Shown: positions 11,894 through 22,650 of the stretch, piece by piece | Layout of the letters: every line of letters begins with the position of its first letter | Position numbering within the stretch: position 1 is the first letter of the stretch | Origin: Squalus acanthias | Lineage: Eukaryota | Assembly (NCBI GenBank): GCA_030390025.1 | Contig: CM059431.1 | Location: forward strand, 110,982,001-111,046,000 | Length of the DNA stretch: 64,000 nt | Direction of reading: 5' to 3' | Made by a program: the position numbers and the translations under genes | The notes under the pieces: generated by a model | Told to the model about the DNA's origin: nothing | The model's input: only the letters and a program-made list of their open reading frames with translations | The model's database searches: none

Positions 11894-12731
11894 GGGGGAG
11901 AAATTCGGTGGCGCCCCCTTTGGGGCGCTAACGTCGCCAGGGCACTAATTTTAGCAACCCGAAAAAGTTAGTGCCCCGCACCATAAATTCAATGGTAGCG
12001 CCCCAAGAAGGAGGCAGGGCGCTACTGGAAGCGCTCCCCCTCCTTCCTGAGGCGCTGCCATTGAATATTGCGGCGCTACGTGCAACAGCGTCATGCGCAG
12101 TCGGCACGTAGCGCCGTGGTGCTACAGGCCTCCCTCCTCTGATTCAAGGGGAGGGGCCTAGCACAGTGCGCACCGGGGCCCTGCTGGACCACCGGGGAGT
12201 GGGTGCTGGGAAAGCAGCCCAGCACTCAAGAGGAGTGCCGGGCTGAGCGATCGCGGCCGGCACCCCGAATAAAAGAGGGGAAGGGGGCAGGTGCTGGCAG
12301 GCGGCCAGGAAAAAAATGGCCGCCCGACACCTGCCCCTTTAAATACCGCCGCTACGTCTGCAAAAACGCCACCCTGACCCTGTCGGACATATCGTCCGGC
12401 GATAGGTCAGAGGGTGCAACCCAAGTTTGCGGCCGGGGCGCGAGCGGAGCACTGCGCACGGTGATGACGTCATCGCTGCCGGCACAGTGCCGCGGGGTGC
12501 TACCGGCTACCGCCGCCACTAACCTCCCGTTGAATTTCGCGGGAGGAGTTAGCAGCACCGTGCCTAGCAATATCAGAAAAGATGACCTAATATTGGTAAA
12601 CTTGCAATGGATTGTTCCATGCAGGAGGCTGCAGCTTTGGGGACTTGTGCACTTTCTGGGAGTTTGGATGTGTCAGGGGGGATTGGGGGGGGGGGGAGAA
12701 AGGGTGCGGTTTTTAACCGAATTCCGCCCCC
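11894..12731. mobile_element. Non-autonomous PIF/Harbinger element (MITE), 838 bp
   Basis: TIRs GGGGGAGAAATTCGGT / GGGGGCGGAATTCGGT and 3-bp TSD TTA (11891-11893 / 12732-12734). The left end closely matches the right end of the autonomous element at 58526. Confidence 0.9.
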
Positions 12732-13247
12732 TTAGAGTTCGGTCTCGAACCAGAATGAAGACAATGAGACAAAGATTTCAGGGTAACTACTTCTTTACTT
12801 AAAATCAGTCAAGTTTACAAGCAAGCATAAAATCAAGTTTACATACGTGAGCTTCAATGAGCAAGAATAAGCATACATACGTACTAACACCAGCGAGTGA
12901 CCAGTTCAGCGTTGACTAGTAGACCCTTCTTTCTGTGCGACTGGTCAAGTTGCCCAACTCACTGGAGCAGTCACAAGCATTCCCTAACTGTTTCCTTTAT
13001 ACCCAAAACTTGGTAGGCCTCCCAATGCGTACGTGTCTCAGACCACGTTGACTATTGTTCAATCATTGGCATCTGTTCTGTCTCAGACCACGTTGATGAT
13101 TGATCAATCTTGGGTATCTCTTCTCCTTATCTGAAGTCAATGGGCCTCAAGGCTGCTTACGTCATGTCTGAAGGGGTTGCAGAAGTTCCTCATTGTTCAA
13201 TCAGCTTAAAGGCTTGTTTTGCAGAACTCTCGAGGTCCTGTCTGTTG

Positions 13248-13588
13248 AAACATAGAAACATAGAAACATAGAATCTAGGAGCAGGAGTAGGCCATTCGGC
13301 CCATCGAGCCTGCTCCACCATTCAATACGATCATGGCTGATCATCCAAATCCAGTACCCTGTCCCTGCTTTCTCACACAGAATCCCCACATCGTGCCTGC
13401 ACCTATCCCACCCTATCCCCGTAACCCCACATATTTAATTCCCCCCTAACATATCCCATTCTATCCCCATAACCCCACATATTTAATCCCCCCTAACACT
13501 AAGGGTCAATTTATCATAGCCAAATCAACCTAACCCGCACATTTTTTGGACTGTGGGAGGAAACCGGAGCACCCGGAGGAAACCCACG
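13248..13588 (-). mobile_element. V-domain SINE (HE1-like) with a CR1-derived 3' tail, 5'-truncated
   Basis: V-domain core tttggactgtgggaggaaaccggagcacccggaggaaacccac, CR1 tail with (TTTCTATG)n and an internal ~45-bp duplication. Nearly identical to 31011-31290. Confidence 0.85.
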
Positions 13589-13666
13589 GTTGCAGAAGTT
13601 AACTAAATCTGTAGAGAATGGGCCTCAAGGCCACTTCCACCATGTCATCTCTTCTCCTTTTCTGTA

Positions 13667-13829
13667 AATGTGAGAAGTCGCACAACACCAGGTTATAGTC
13701 CAACAGCTTTATTTGAAATCACAAGCTTTCGTCAGGTGAAGTGAAGAGATGCATATAGGCACAACATATATAGTCAGAGAACACTGCCAGATGATTACAG
13801 TTAATCTTTCTAACTGCCCTTTATCACAC
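13667..13829 (-). mobile_element. Penelope-like terminal-repeat fragment with the hammerhead stem II deleted
   Basis: Identical to the arm of the hairpin at 25668-25838 except that 'ttcggagcgctgctcc' is lost; flanked by a CTGTA duplication. Confidence 0.7.
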
Positions 13830-14604
13830 CTGTAGACAATGAGCTGCTTATGCCATGTCTAAAAAGGGTTACAGAAGTTAACTAAATCTGTTTAAAGATT
13901 TGTTTGCAGAACTCTCGAAGCATGCTGGTACATTAAATTCAGACAAGTCACAACGAACAGTGAATAATATCTTACAGACTCCAGAAGTAACGGTGCGGGA
14001 GCGGGAAGAGAAGCCATTGCAGGTGATTCTCTGGCTATGACTGAATAGATAAGAATGGAAGCAGCCGAGTGCAGTCCCACCCAACTGGACGACGGAGGAG
14101 AGGTGTTGGAGAAGGATGGTGTGGTCAACCATGTCAAGGTATGCAAACAGGTCGAGAAGGAGAAGGAGGAATAGCTTCCCATTATGAAGATTTTATGTAT
14201 AAAGCTCTTTATGGATATTAATATGCTAAGGGGGTGAGTTGGCAGCTGCAGCTTGAATTTGTCGCCTGCTGGGGTATTGATATGCATGATAAGTAATGAA
14301 AGAGCTGTAAGGGCTCACGTGTGGGCTTAGCATGGGCCAGCAGTAAATATGGAACAGATTGACAGGTCACACTTTGTGGCACACTTCAGCCATCTATTTG
14401 GTAAATGGTACTGTTAAACCGTCTTCCTGTGGCCAGCACAATATCGGTGAGCAGCAGCTGTGCTGCTCCATGGTCTTGACATTTAGTGCCCAGATCAGAA
14501 ACTTCACTCTGGTATGTTTGTGTAATAATGCTGTTGCAGACTTCAAAGACCTGAAAATATATCTGTCAGTTGGCGTGATTGTGCTACGCTTTGTATCAGT
14601 GACA

Positions 14605-15843
14605 TTGGCTGCGATTTCGCCTACCGAGGCGGGCTAAGTGCGGCCGAGGTAGGTGGCGGACGGCGACCCCGCTCCCGGTTCCATCCCGCTGTGTGAGAAG
14701 AATTTCCCGTTGATGGGGCCCGCTCAGCGCATTTCCCGGCCAATTAATAGGAAGCGGGTCTGATGACGTCATTTGATGACGTGCCATCAGCCGGTTTCCT
14801 TAAAGGGGCCATGTCCACATTCATTTTGACAGTTGAGCTGTCAGTGTTCTGCAGCATTGAGGTGCTGCAAACACTGACAAGCACTGCACAAAGGTGCACG
14901 GCTGCACCCAGGCTCTCCCATGACACCCTCCATATGCTTTTGGAGGGAGTCACAGGACGCAGGGAGGTCCTCTTCCCTTCCAATGGGCAGAAGAGACCTC
15001 CCCAGGACACCAACGCAGCCTGGTTGCACATTGCACAGGAGGGCACAAGCAGGGATGTCGTCAGGAGGACCAGGCTGCCGTGGCGCAAACCTTTCAATGA
15101 TCTCAGTAGATCACAAAACGTTACTGCAAAGCCACACTCACCCTCATCCTGCTGTGTCACTCATCACATCCCATCACTGTGCCTTCCCTATCCTACTCCT
15201 CCACATCCTTACTCACACCAACTTACCTTGCACCTCCATCCATCCCTCTCTATCTACATTATCACATTCCCATCTCACTAACCACCCCTCACACTCACCC
15301 TCATCCTTGTCCAAACATACCAACTAACAACACACAAGGGTAGGCACTTGGGTATGTTCGCCAATGTGCCAAACATTGAAATCTTTATTTTCCACACTTT
15401 GCGTTCTTGGACAGGTTTGTGTGCACTTTTGGAAGTGGCTTAGTGAAATGCAGTGAAGGGTGAGACATAACAGTACCCCCCGCAATGGTGATAAGTGTGA
15501 AAGGAATGGCTTGGACATTGTAGGGATGCTTTATGGTGCTGGTGTGGGGTGGTGCCAACTTCATGCATCTTCTGGCAGCCAGGGTGTACAGCATCAGGTG
15601 AAGTAAATCTGGCCATGGTGAGGCTATCCCTGGCCTCCCAGGCAGCAATGTGGTCGGATGCTGATGCCCTGTGTCCTGTGCAGCATCAGGTGATTGCGGA
15701 GCAGGTTGGTGTTGTTGTTGGTGATGCTGGTGTGCCAGGTGCTGCTGGTGTTGGGGCTGATCGTGGTGGGATTCTGAGGACCAAGGTGAGATTTTTTCAA
15801 GGGTACCGATGCTGCTGAAATAGATGGCAGGTGAGGTTGAGAT
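14605..15843 (+). mobile_element. Harbinger relic (separate family) with a decayed Myb/SANT exon
   Basis: GC-rich subterminal region with TGACGTCA. Peptide APRLSHDTLHMLLEGVTGRREVLFP...W..RRT..WRKPFNDL (ORF 14763-15281) is homologous to Harbinger Myb exon 1. Confidence 0.75.
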
Positions 15844-17082
15844 AAGAACACAAGAACATAAGAAATAGGAGCAGGAGTAGGCCATACGGCCCCTCATTCA
15901 CCATTCAATAAGATCATGGCTGATCGTTGACCTTAACTCCACTTTCCTGCCCGATCTCCATATCCCTTGATTCCCCTAGAGTCCAAAAATCTATCTATCT
16001 CAGTCTTGAATATACTCATACTAAGGCTCAGCATCACAGCCCTCTGGGGCAGAGAATTCCAAAGATTCACAACCCTCTGAGTGAAGAAATTTCTCCTCAT
16101 CTCAGTCTTAAATGGCCTACCCCTTATCCTGAGACTATGCCCCCTAGTTCTAGACACTCCAGCCAGGGGAAACAGCCTCTCAACATCTACCCTGTCAATC
16201 CCCTCAGAATCTTGTATGTTTCAATGAGATCACCTCTCATTCTTCTAAGCTCCAGAGAGTATAGGCCCATTCTACACAATCTCTCAATATAGGACAGCCC
16301 TCTCATCCCAGGAATCAATCTAGTGAACCTTCGTTGCCCCGCCTCCAAGGCAAGTATATCCTTCCTTAGATAAGGAGACCAAAACTGTGCACTCCAGGTG
16401 TGGTCTCACCAAGGCCCTGTACAATTGTAACAAGACTTCCTTACTCTTATACTCCAACCCCCTTGCAATAAATGTCAACATGCCATTTGCCTTCCTTATT
16501 GCTTGCTGTACCTGCATGCTAGCTTTCTGTGTTTCTTGCACGAGGACACCCAAAACTCTCTGAACACCATCATTTAAAAGTTTCTCACCATTTAAAAAAT
16601 ATTCTGTTTTTTATTCTTCCTAGCAAACCTCACATTTCCCTACATTATACTCCATCTGCCACCTTACTGCCCACTCACTTGGTCTATCTATATCCCTTTG
16701 CAGACTCTTTGTGTCCCATCTAGCTTTGCATCATCAGAAAACTTGAATACATTACACTCGGTCCCTTCATCTAGGTCATTAATATAGATTGTAAATAACT
16801 GAAGCCCCAGCACTGATCCTTGCGGCACCCCACTAGTTACAGCCTGCCAACTTGAAAAAGACCTGTTTATCCCTACTCTCTGTTTTCTGTCCATTAACCA
16901 ATCCTCTATCCATGCTACTATATTACCCCCAACCCCATGAGCCCTTATCTTGTGTAATTACCTTTTATGTGGCACCTTATCGAATGCCTTTTGGAAATCC
17001 AAATATACTACATCCACTGGTTCCCCTTTATCTACCCTGCTAGTTACATCCTCAAAAAACTCTAATAAATGTGTTAAACATT

Positions 17083-18936
17083 ATGATGTATGCTGTTCCC
17101 TGAGAGTGGCAAGAGGCCTTTGCCACGCGAGTTCAGAAGAGTGTGGAGGGAGGTGGCTCAGAGCGTCTCCTCCAGGAGCATGGTGCCCAGGACCCATACT
17201 CAATGCCGCAAAAAGTTCAACGACCTCACTCGGGTCGTCAGGGTGAGTGGCTTTTTCTCAATACCTCTCCATCCCTCCATCTCAACCTCACTCTATGGCC
17301 AGAGGGTCTTAAAACCCCAATGCACAACACTCATCCAACACCTATGGCCCTTTCATCAAACACACACACACATTCCACACTTTGCATACAGTAAGGGCTA
17401 TTCACCTATGGGAGGCACATCAGGCAAGACCATGGCTGTATACAGTAAGGGCTATTCACCTATGGGAGGCACATCAGGCAAGACCATGGCTGTATATTGT
17501 AAGGGCTATTCACCTATGGGAGGCACATCAGGCAAGACCATGGCTGTATATTGTAAGGGCTATTCACCTATGGGAGGCACATCAGGCAAGACCATGGCTG
17601 TATATTTACTCAGATGCTGTCCTTTTTCTTGCAGGCTAAGCTGGCTCATAATAGGAGACAGCAGCAACGGACAGGTGGAGGGCGGCCTCAGCTGCAACCC
17701 CTCAGCAATCTGGAGGAGCGCGTCCACAGGATTGTGGCAAGCCGGGTGATCGGTCCCGTCGCCACTGGAGACGCCGACCCCGTTCTGGACAGCAATGGTA
17801 AGGTCATCACCTTTTTGTCCTCTGTCCTTCCACTTGTCCCTCACAACACCAGCCTTTGACACTTTCAATCCAACTTGCTAACTCGCTGCACTTATTCCTC
17901 CCTTACTGTCACCCTGTCCTCACGCTAAAGCCACTCTTGTACCTCCCTGCTTTCAGATGGTGATTCACCAGCTGAGGAGACGGGCCCTGAAGCTGCCACT
18001 GGGAGTGATGCTGCAGCTGAGGAGGAACAGGAAGCCAGAGCATCAGTGCCACCCTCTCCCGAGGAAGCCCATGCCCACACTGGGAACACGCCTTCCCCGG
18101 AGGGGAGCAGGGGGGAAGGGGCTGATGAGGGTGAAGCTCCAGGACCCAGCGGGCTGCAGCAACGCCGTGGGGAGGGTAGGGAAGAACGGGGGCCTTCTCC
18201 CCAGAGGGAGAGTATGCCAGACACTCCTACTGCAATGGACGCAGAGGAGGAGCGGCTGATTGCAGAAATGAACACCCAGGCGGTGGGCATGCACACTGAG
18301 CTCATGGGTGCAGTGGGAAGGGTGCCCAAATGCATTGACTCACTGGCAAGGAGTGTGGAGCACTTCGCTGTAGCACAGGCGGATGCCACACTAACGCTTA
18401 GTGCTGCAATTCAGTCACTGGCTGCCGTGATCCCACCTCTGACTGCTCTCATACAGACTCAGATGGAGGCCACGCGAGCACAGACTGCTGACAACCTCGA
18501 TGGTTCGTGCACATGTCCCCGGGGCTGTCACCGCGCCGCAGCAGGCCAGCAATCTGTTCTCCGGCAGATTGCTCCGGATGCTGAAGTGCTGCCCCGTGGG
18601 AGTGCCAGTGTGTCGGGCGAGCAGGGAGTTGCTGTCCTCTCTCACGATGACAGCATTCCTGCTGCCAACACTGTCACTTCTCCACTGCACTTGCTACCGC
18701 CTGTAGGACAGACTGCTGCCGCCCATGCAGAGTTGGTGCAGTCTGCAGCCGGGCCCTCCAGGCCCAGAACTGTTCGAGGCCGTCCTTCAGGGGCATCTGC
18801 AGTGTCAGGGTCTGACGAGCAGCAGCCTTCCACCAGCCTTGCTGCAGCCACTGAGGTCTCATTACGGAGGAGCAGTAGGGTTAGAAGGGGGGAAGTGCGC
18901 AAGGGAAGGAGATCACCCTCGAAGGGCAAAAAGTAG
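17083..18936 (+). pseudogene. Harbinger Myb/SANT DNA-binding protein gene, 5'-truncated (exons ..17242, 17635-17797, 17957-18936)
   Basis: GT-AG introns with compatible phases (0 and 1); W..VA...RTHTQCRKKFNDL Myb motif; ATG and first ~27 codons absent. Confidence 0.85.
17387..17603 (+). repeat. 54-bp minisatellite, 4 copies, in Myb intron 1
   Basis: Unit tacagtaagggctattcacctatgggaggcacatcaggcaagaccatggctgta; only 2 copies in copy 2 (~57681-57789). Confidence 0.95.
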
Positions 18937-19229
18937 GAGGTGTGACAAAATGCTGGTCATTTTTTTATTAAAGGCCGAGGTTCATGGTCCAACTTTTGTT
19001 TAGTGTTTTGGACATTATCTCCAGGTTGTGAGAACCAGTTATGTTATTGACTGTTTTTTTGTGTTTATTTCTATGAGTTTGTCATGAGGAATTGACACAC
19101 ACAGAGTTTGTAAAATGAATAATTTCTGTATTCAAAATATACATGGCTGGTGGTTGGAATTATTGGTGCCTTGGCCGGCTTAGGGGTTGCGTGCTGGGTT
19201 CATTAATGTTGGTAGCAATGGCAGGGGCC

Positions 19230-20381
19230 CTAGAAGCGGCTTGCTATTAGCCGTTGATGGACGGCCCTTGCAGTTTGACCATTGTGGTCCGCCCTCCCGC
19301 CTTGGTGCTGCTGATGATCATCGTCCTCGTCCTCTTCCTCCTCCTCCTCTGGTGGTGCTACAAGGCCTGGTGGCATTGGCTGGGTCCTGAGGATTGCCAT
19401 GTTGTGCAACATGCAGCACACGACTACGAAGTTCGATACTTGCTCAGGCGAGTACTGCAGGGCTCCTCCGGAATGGTCCAGACAGCGGAACCGTTGTTTC
19501 AGCACGCCGATTGTGCGCTCAATAATGTTCCTGGTTGCTTGATGGCTTTCATTGTACCGCAGCTCAGCAGGGGTGTTTGGCGTACGGAGCGGTGTCATCA
19601 GCCAGGTGCTCAATGCATACCCCTTGTCCCCGAGAAGCCAACCAACTGGCTGATGCGGTGCCTCGAAAACTTCTGCCACAGTAGTCTGGCGCAGGATAAA
19701 AGCATCGTGGCAGCTGCCAGGATAGTGGGCATTGACAGCGAGTATCACCTGTCTGTGGTCACAGACCAACTGGACATTCAAGGAATGGAACCCCTTTCTG
19801 TTCCTGAATTCCTCTGCATTCTCATGCGGAGCACGCAAAGCCATATGCGTGCAGTCAATGGCGCCCTGCACCATGGGGAAGCCCGCTACCCTCGCAAAGC
19901 CCAGAGCACGGTCACGCTGCTTGTCTGGGGTCATAGGGAAAGAGATGAACTCTCGTCTCCTTCTGAAGAGGGCATTGGTGACCTGCCGGATGCAGCGATG
20001 CACCGCGAACTGGGAGATATTGGCGAGGTCCCCAACAGCAGCTTGGAATGAGCCAGTGGCGTAGAAGTTCAAAGCCACTGTGACCTTCACTGCCACCGAC
20101 AGAGACGTCCTGGACCTCAGTTTAGGCTGCAGATCTGGCTGCAGCAGGTGGCAGAGCTCAGTGACCACCTCCTTGCTGAATCGCAGCCTTCGCAAACACA
20201 GCTCCTCGGACATATGGATGTAGGAGAGCTGTTTACGATATACCCTGGGAGGGTAAGCTCTCCTGTACATGCGCCTGATGGCCCTCCTCCGTCTGGCCAT
20301 CATTGCCACTCTCTGTCTGCGTCTCTGTATCCTCCGATTCAGCTGGAGCAGGACGACGCCCCCAATCAGTGCAGCCCCCAT
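19230..20381 (-). CDS. Harbinger DDE transposase (HARBI1-like family), intact ~383 aa
   Basis: HTH region (ALNFYATGSFQ..VGD..ISQ) and catalytic motifs GAIDCTH, NRKGFHSLNVQLVCD, YPGSCHD, LGDKGY, RNIIERTIGVLKQRF. The ATG matches 54905 in copy 2. Confidence 0.93.
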   Translation of the reverse strand: MGAALIGGVVLLQLNRRIQRRRQRVAMMARRRRAIRRMYRRAYPPRVYRKQLSYIHMSEELCLRRLRFSKEVVTELCHLLQPDLQPKLRSRTSLSVAVKVTVALNFYATGSFQAAVGDLANISQFAVHRCIRQVTNALFRRRREFISFPMTPDKQRDRALGFARVAGFPMVQGAIDCTHMALRAPHENAEEFRNRKGFHSLNVQLVCDHRQVILAVNAHYPGSCHDAFILRQTTVAEVFEAPHQPVGWLLGDKGYALSTWLMTPLRTPNTPAELRYNESHQATRNIIERTIGVLKQRFRCLDHSGGALQYSPEQVSNFVVVCCMLHNMAILRTQPMPPGLVAPPEEEEEEDEDDDHQQHQGGRADHNGQTARAVHQRLIASRF

Positions 20382-20483
20382 ATTCTCTTTGCCAGAAAAG
20401 TAATGAGGGACAGCAACTAAAGTAGCAACAAAGTTAGGATGAATAGGCAAAACTACCTCACAAAGCGTTGAGTCAATGTAGAA

Positions 20484-20524
20484 GTCTCTCTCTCTCTCTC
20501 TCTCCGAATCTCTCTCTCTCTCTC
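20484..20524. repeat. (TC)n microsatellite upstream of the transposase (GA repeat at ~54753-54800 in copy 2)
   Basis: Seen directly in the sequence. Confidence 0.9.
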
Positions 20525-21299
20525 AGAACGAGTGGTGCATAAATGTCGACCACAGAAAAAGACAGGAAGAGGCCCCCTTTAAATAGCGCCCCCCCCAGCC
20601 CCACACCGATTGATAGCGTTCCAGTCTTCCGGTCGTTGGAAGCGCCAGGCGGTAAGGCAGGGGGCGCCACTCAATTTCCGCTCCGGGGCGCCCCAAGGGC
20701 GTTGCACCATGGAATGACGTCATAATCTGCGCGCGCAGGTGGTCGCAGCGGTAAGTTTTAGCGCCGCCGCACAATCTCAAGTTAAGTTCTCGAGCGGCGC
20801 AAACATCGCTGCGCCCGGGCGTTAGCGGCTTTGCGCCCCATTAGCGCCCTCTTAAGGCGCAAACGGGAGGCGCAACCAAGTGAATTTTTACCCCTATATC
20901 CCCTTCAAAAAACCATGTTGACACTCCCTAACCATAGTATGATTTTCTAAGTGCCCTGGTATCACTTCCTTAACAATAGATTCCAGCATTTTCCCGACGA
21001 CTGATGTCAGGCTAACTGGCCTGTAGTTCCCTGTTTGCTCCCTCCCTCCTTTCTTGAATAGCGGTGTTACATTTGTTACAAAACCGATCTGTCAATGATG
21101 AGTAAGGTTGCTCCAAGGAGGCGACAGTGGATAGAGAATTTACTCCAAACACTTCCAAACTGCATAAAGCTCAAAAGTGGGTTCCAAATCACGAAGGTTC
21201 CAGCTTCTAAGATTGGGAAATGAACAGCTGTGAAATGGTAGGTTTTATACCACTTTTTCATCTGTCACCTATTCACATCAATGGAGAGTCATTGAGAAC

Positions 21300-21593
21300 A
21301 CGACATACTTACCTGATGTGATTCCCGCTCTCTGGGAACCTCGTTAAAACCCTGGTAAAATGGTAAGAACATGGGAAAATGGTGCTTAACTACCTTTTAA
21401 CAAGCTTTTAACTATCTAAATTAGCTGACCGGTCGCTTCGTGTCGGGTCTGTTCAGGGATGCCAGCCCCGACACTTGGGAAACTGACAAGGAGGCGGGTT
21501 TACAGTGGGATACCGACCCGCTGTCAATTTTTGTGATTTTGACAGCAGACCCGCCTCCAAACCTGCACTCTGAGCGCCGGCAAAATTCCGGCC
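21300..21593. mobile_element. Terminal relic of a Harbinger-type element
   Basis: Ends in caaaattccggcc and contains ggcgggttt/cccgcc subterminal motifs. Confidence 0.4.
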
Positions 21594-22650
21594 ATTATGT
21601 GCAATTTATTAACTAGTTTGAAGTCCTGTAGGATTTGTTATGTACTGTAAAATGTATTAATTGTTTCAGCAATGTCTCTGGATTTGTTATTCACCCATTG
21701 CCTGCGATTCTTGTTGGAAAGCTTTTGGTAGTCTGAATCATATTTATTCCAAGTTTTTTAGGGGGGTATTCAATTTAATTTTGGGATTATGTTGGGAAAT
21801 TATCATTTTCAATATCAACCAATGAGGTAATGTCATCTCAGTAGCTTTGATTTGTTATAGCATAGATATCTGCTTCTTTTCATTTTGTATTTTATCACTT
21901 TTGTGATGGTTATTGCTTATTGTGTGTAGATTTGAGGTCTTATATGGGCTACAATGCTGAACTGTTTTGATTGTCTACTGCTGGCTGTTGCTATGATACT
22001 GGGATGCACCACAGGTCTGCAGTTTGTTGTATATAGTTGGCACAAGGGTGGACAGTTTAAAAGTCTGCAGTCATTTGTTATGCACCAGTGTGTATTACAT
22101 GAAGTGTTGCATGAATTCAGGAATGAGCAAAGTGGCATTTTCAAAAGTAATTCACGAGGCCACATATCTATATAATAAACTAATAAGCATAATTAAATAT
22201 GGTTGTATTTTTACAGATACTGGGAAAGAATTTCTGTGGGTATCTCCTGATCATCCACTGTGGTGAGACTGGAAAAGCTGGGATTGTTCTCATTGGAGCA
22301 AAGAAGGTTAAGAGGAGATTTGATCGAGGTGTTCAAAAGTATGAGGGGTTTTGATAGAGTAAATAAGGAGAAACTATTTCCACTGGCAGAAGGGTCAGTA
22401 ACCAGAGGACACAGATTTAAGGTAATTGGCAAAAGAACCAGAGGAGGGATGAAGAGAATTTTTTTTATGCAGCGAGTTGTTATGATCTGGAATGTGCTGC
22501 CTGAAAGGGTGGTGGAAGCAGATTCAATAGTAACTTTCAAGGGAATTGGATATATATTTGAAAATGAGAAATTTGCAAGGCTATGGGGAAACAGAAGGGG
22601 ATTGGGACTAATTGGATAGGAACATAGGAAAATAGGAACAGGAGTAGGCC

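Larger units (their letters stand above)
11849..13976 (-). mobile_element. Solo LTR (~0.78 kb net) carrying three nested insertions
   Basis: TGTAAG...CTTACA termini and 4-bp TSD GACT (11845-11848 / 13977-13980). Minus-strand TATAAA at 13001-12996 and AGTAAA at 12799-12794. Two ~45-bp tandem units at ~13035-13125. Confidence 0.85.
10944..14180 (-). mobile_element. L2-like LINE fragment (10944-11848 + 13977-14180), split by a solo LTR
   Basis: 3' end ggcgctatataaaggcaag(ttg)n on the minus strand. The RT motif TVTSGV|PQESIL is split exactly at the LTR insertion. C-terminal GGRAFS..PKLWNSLP. Confidence 0.85.
17083..20894 (-). mobile_element. PIF/Harbinger DNA transposon copy 1 (one end deleted)
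   Basis: Right TIR (revcomp GGGGTAAAAATT) ends at 20894. Collinear and highly similar to 54382-58526. About 430 bp including the other TIR and the Myb start codon are missing. Confidence 0.93.
15844..21075 (-). mobile_element. 5'-truncated CR1 (15844-17082 + 20895-21075), interrupted by Harbinger copy 1
   Basis: Tail at 15844 and RT fragments. The HGF-xKG-SCLT coding region is split across the Harbinger. Confidence 0.88.

Noticed and set aside
12203..12802. 199-aa ORF
   Set aside because: It lies in a GC-rich MITE, crosses the TIR boundary and has no recognisable domain.
19230..20450. Domesticated host gene HARBI1
   Set aside because: It lies within a TIR-bounded multi-copy element with a partner Myb gene, inserted in a LINE, so it is a transposon gene.
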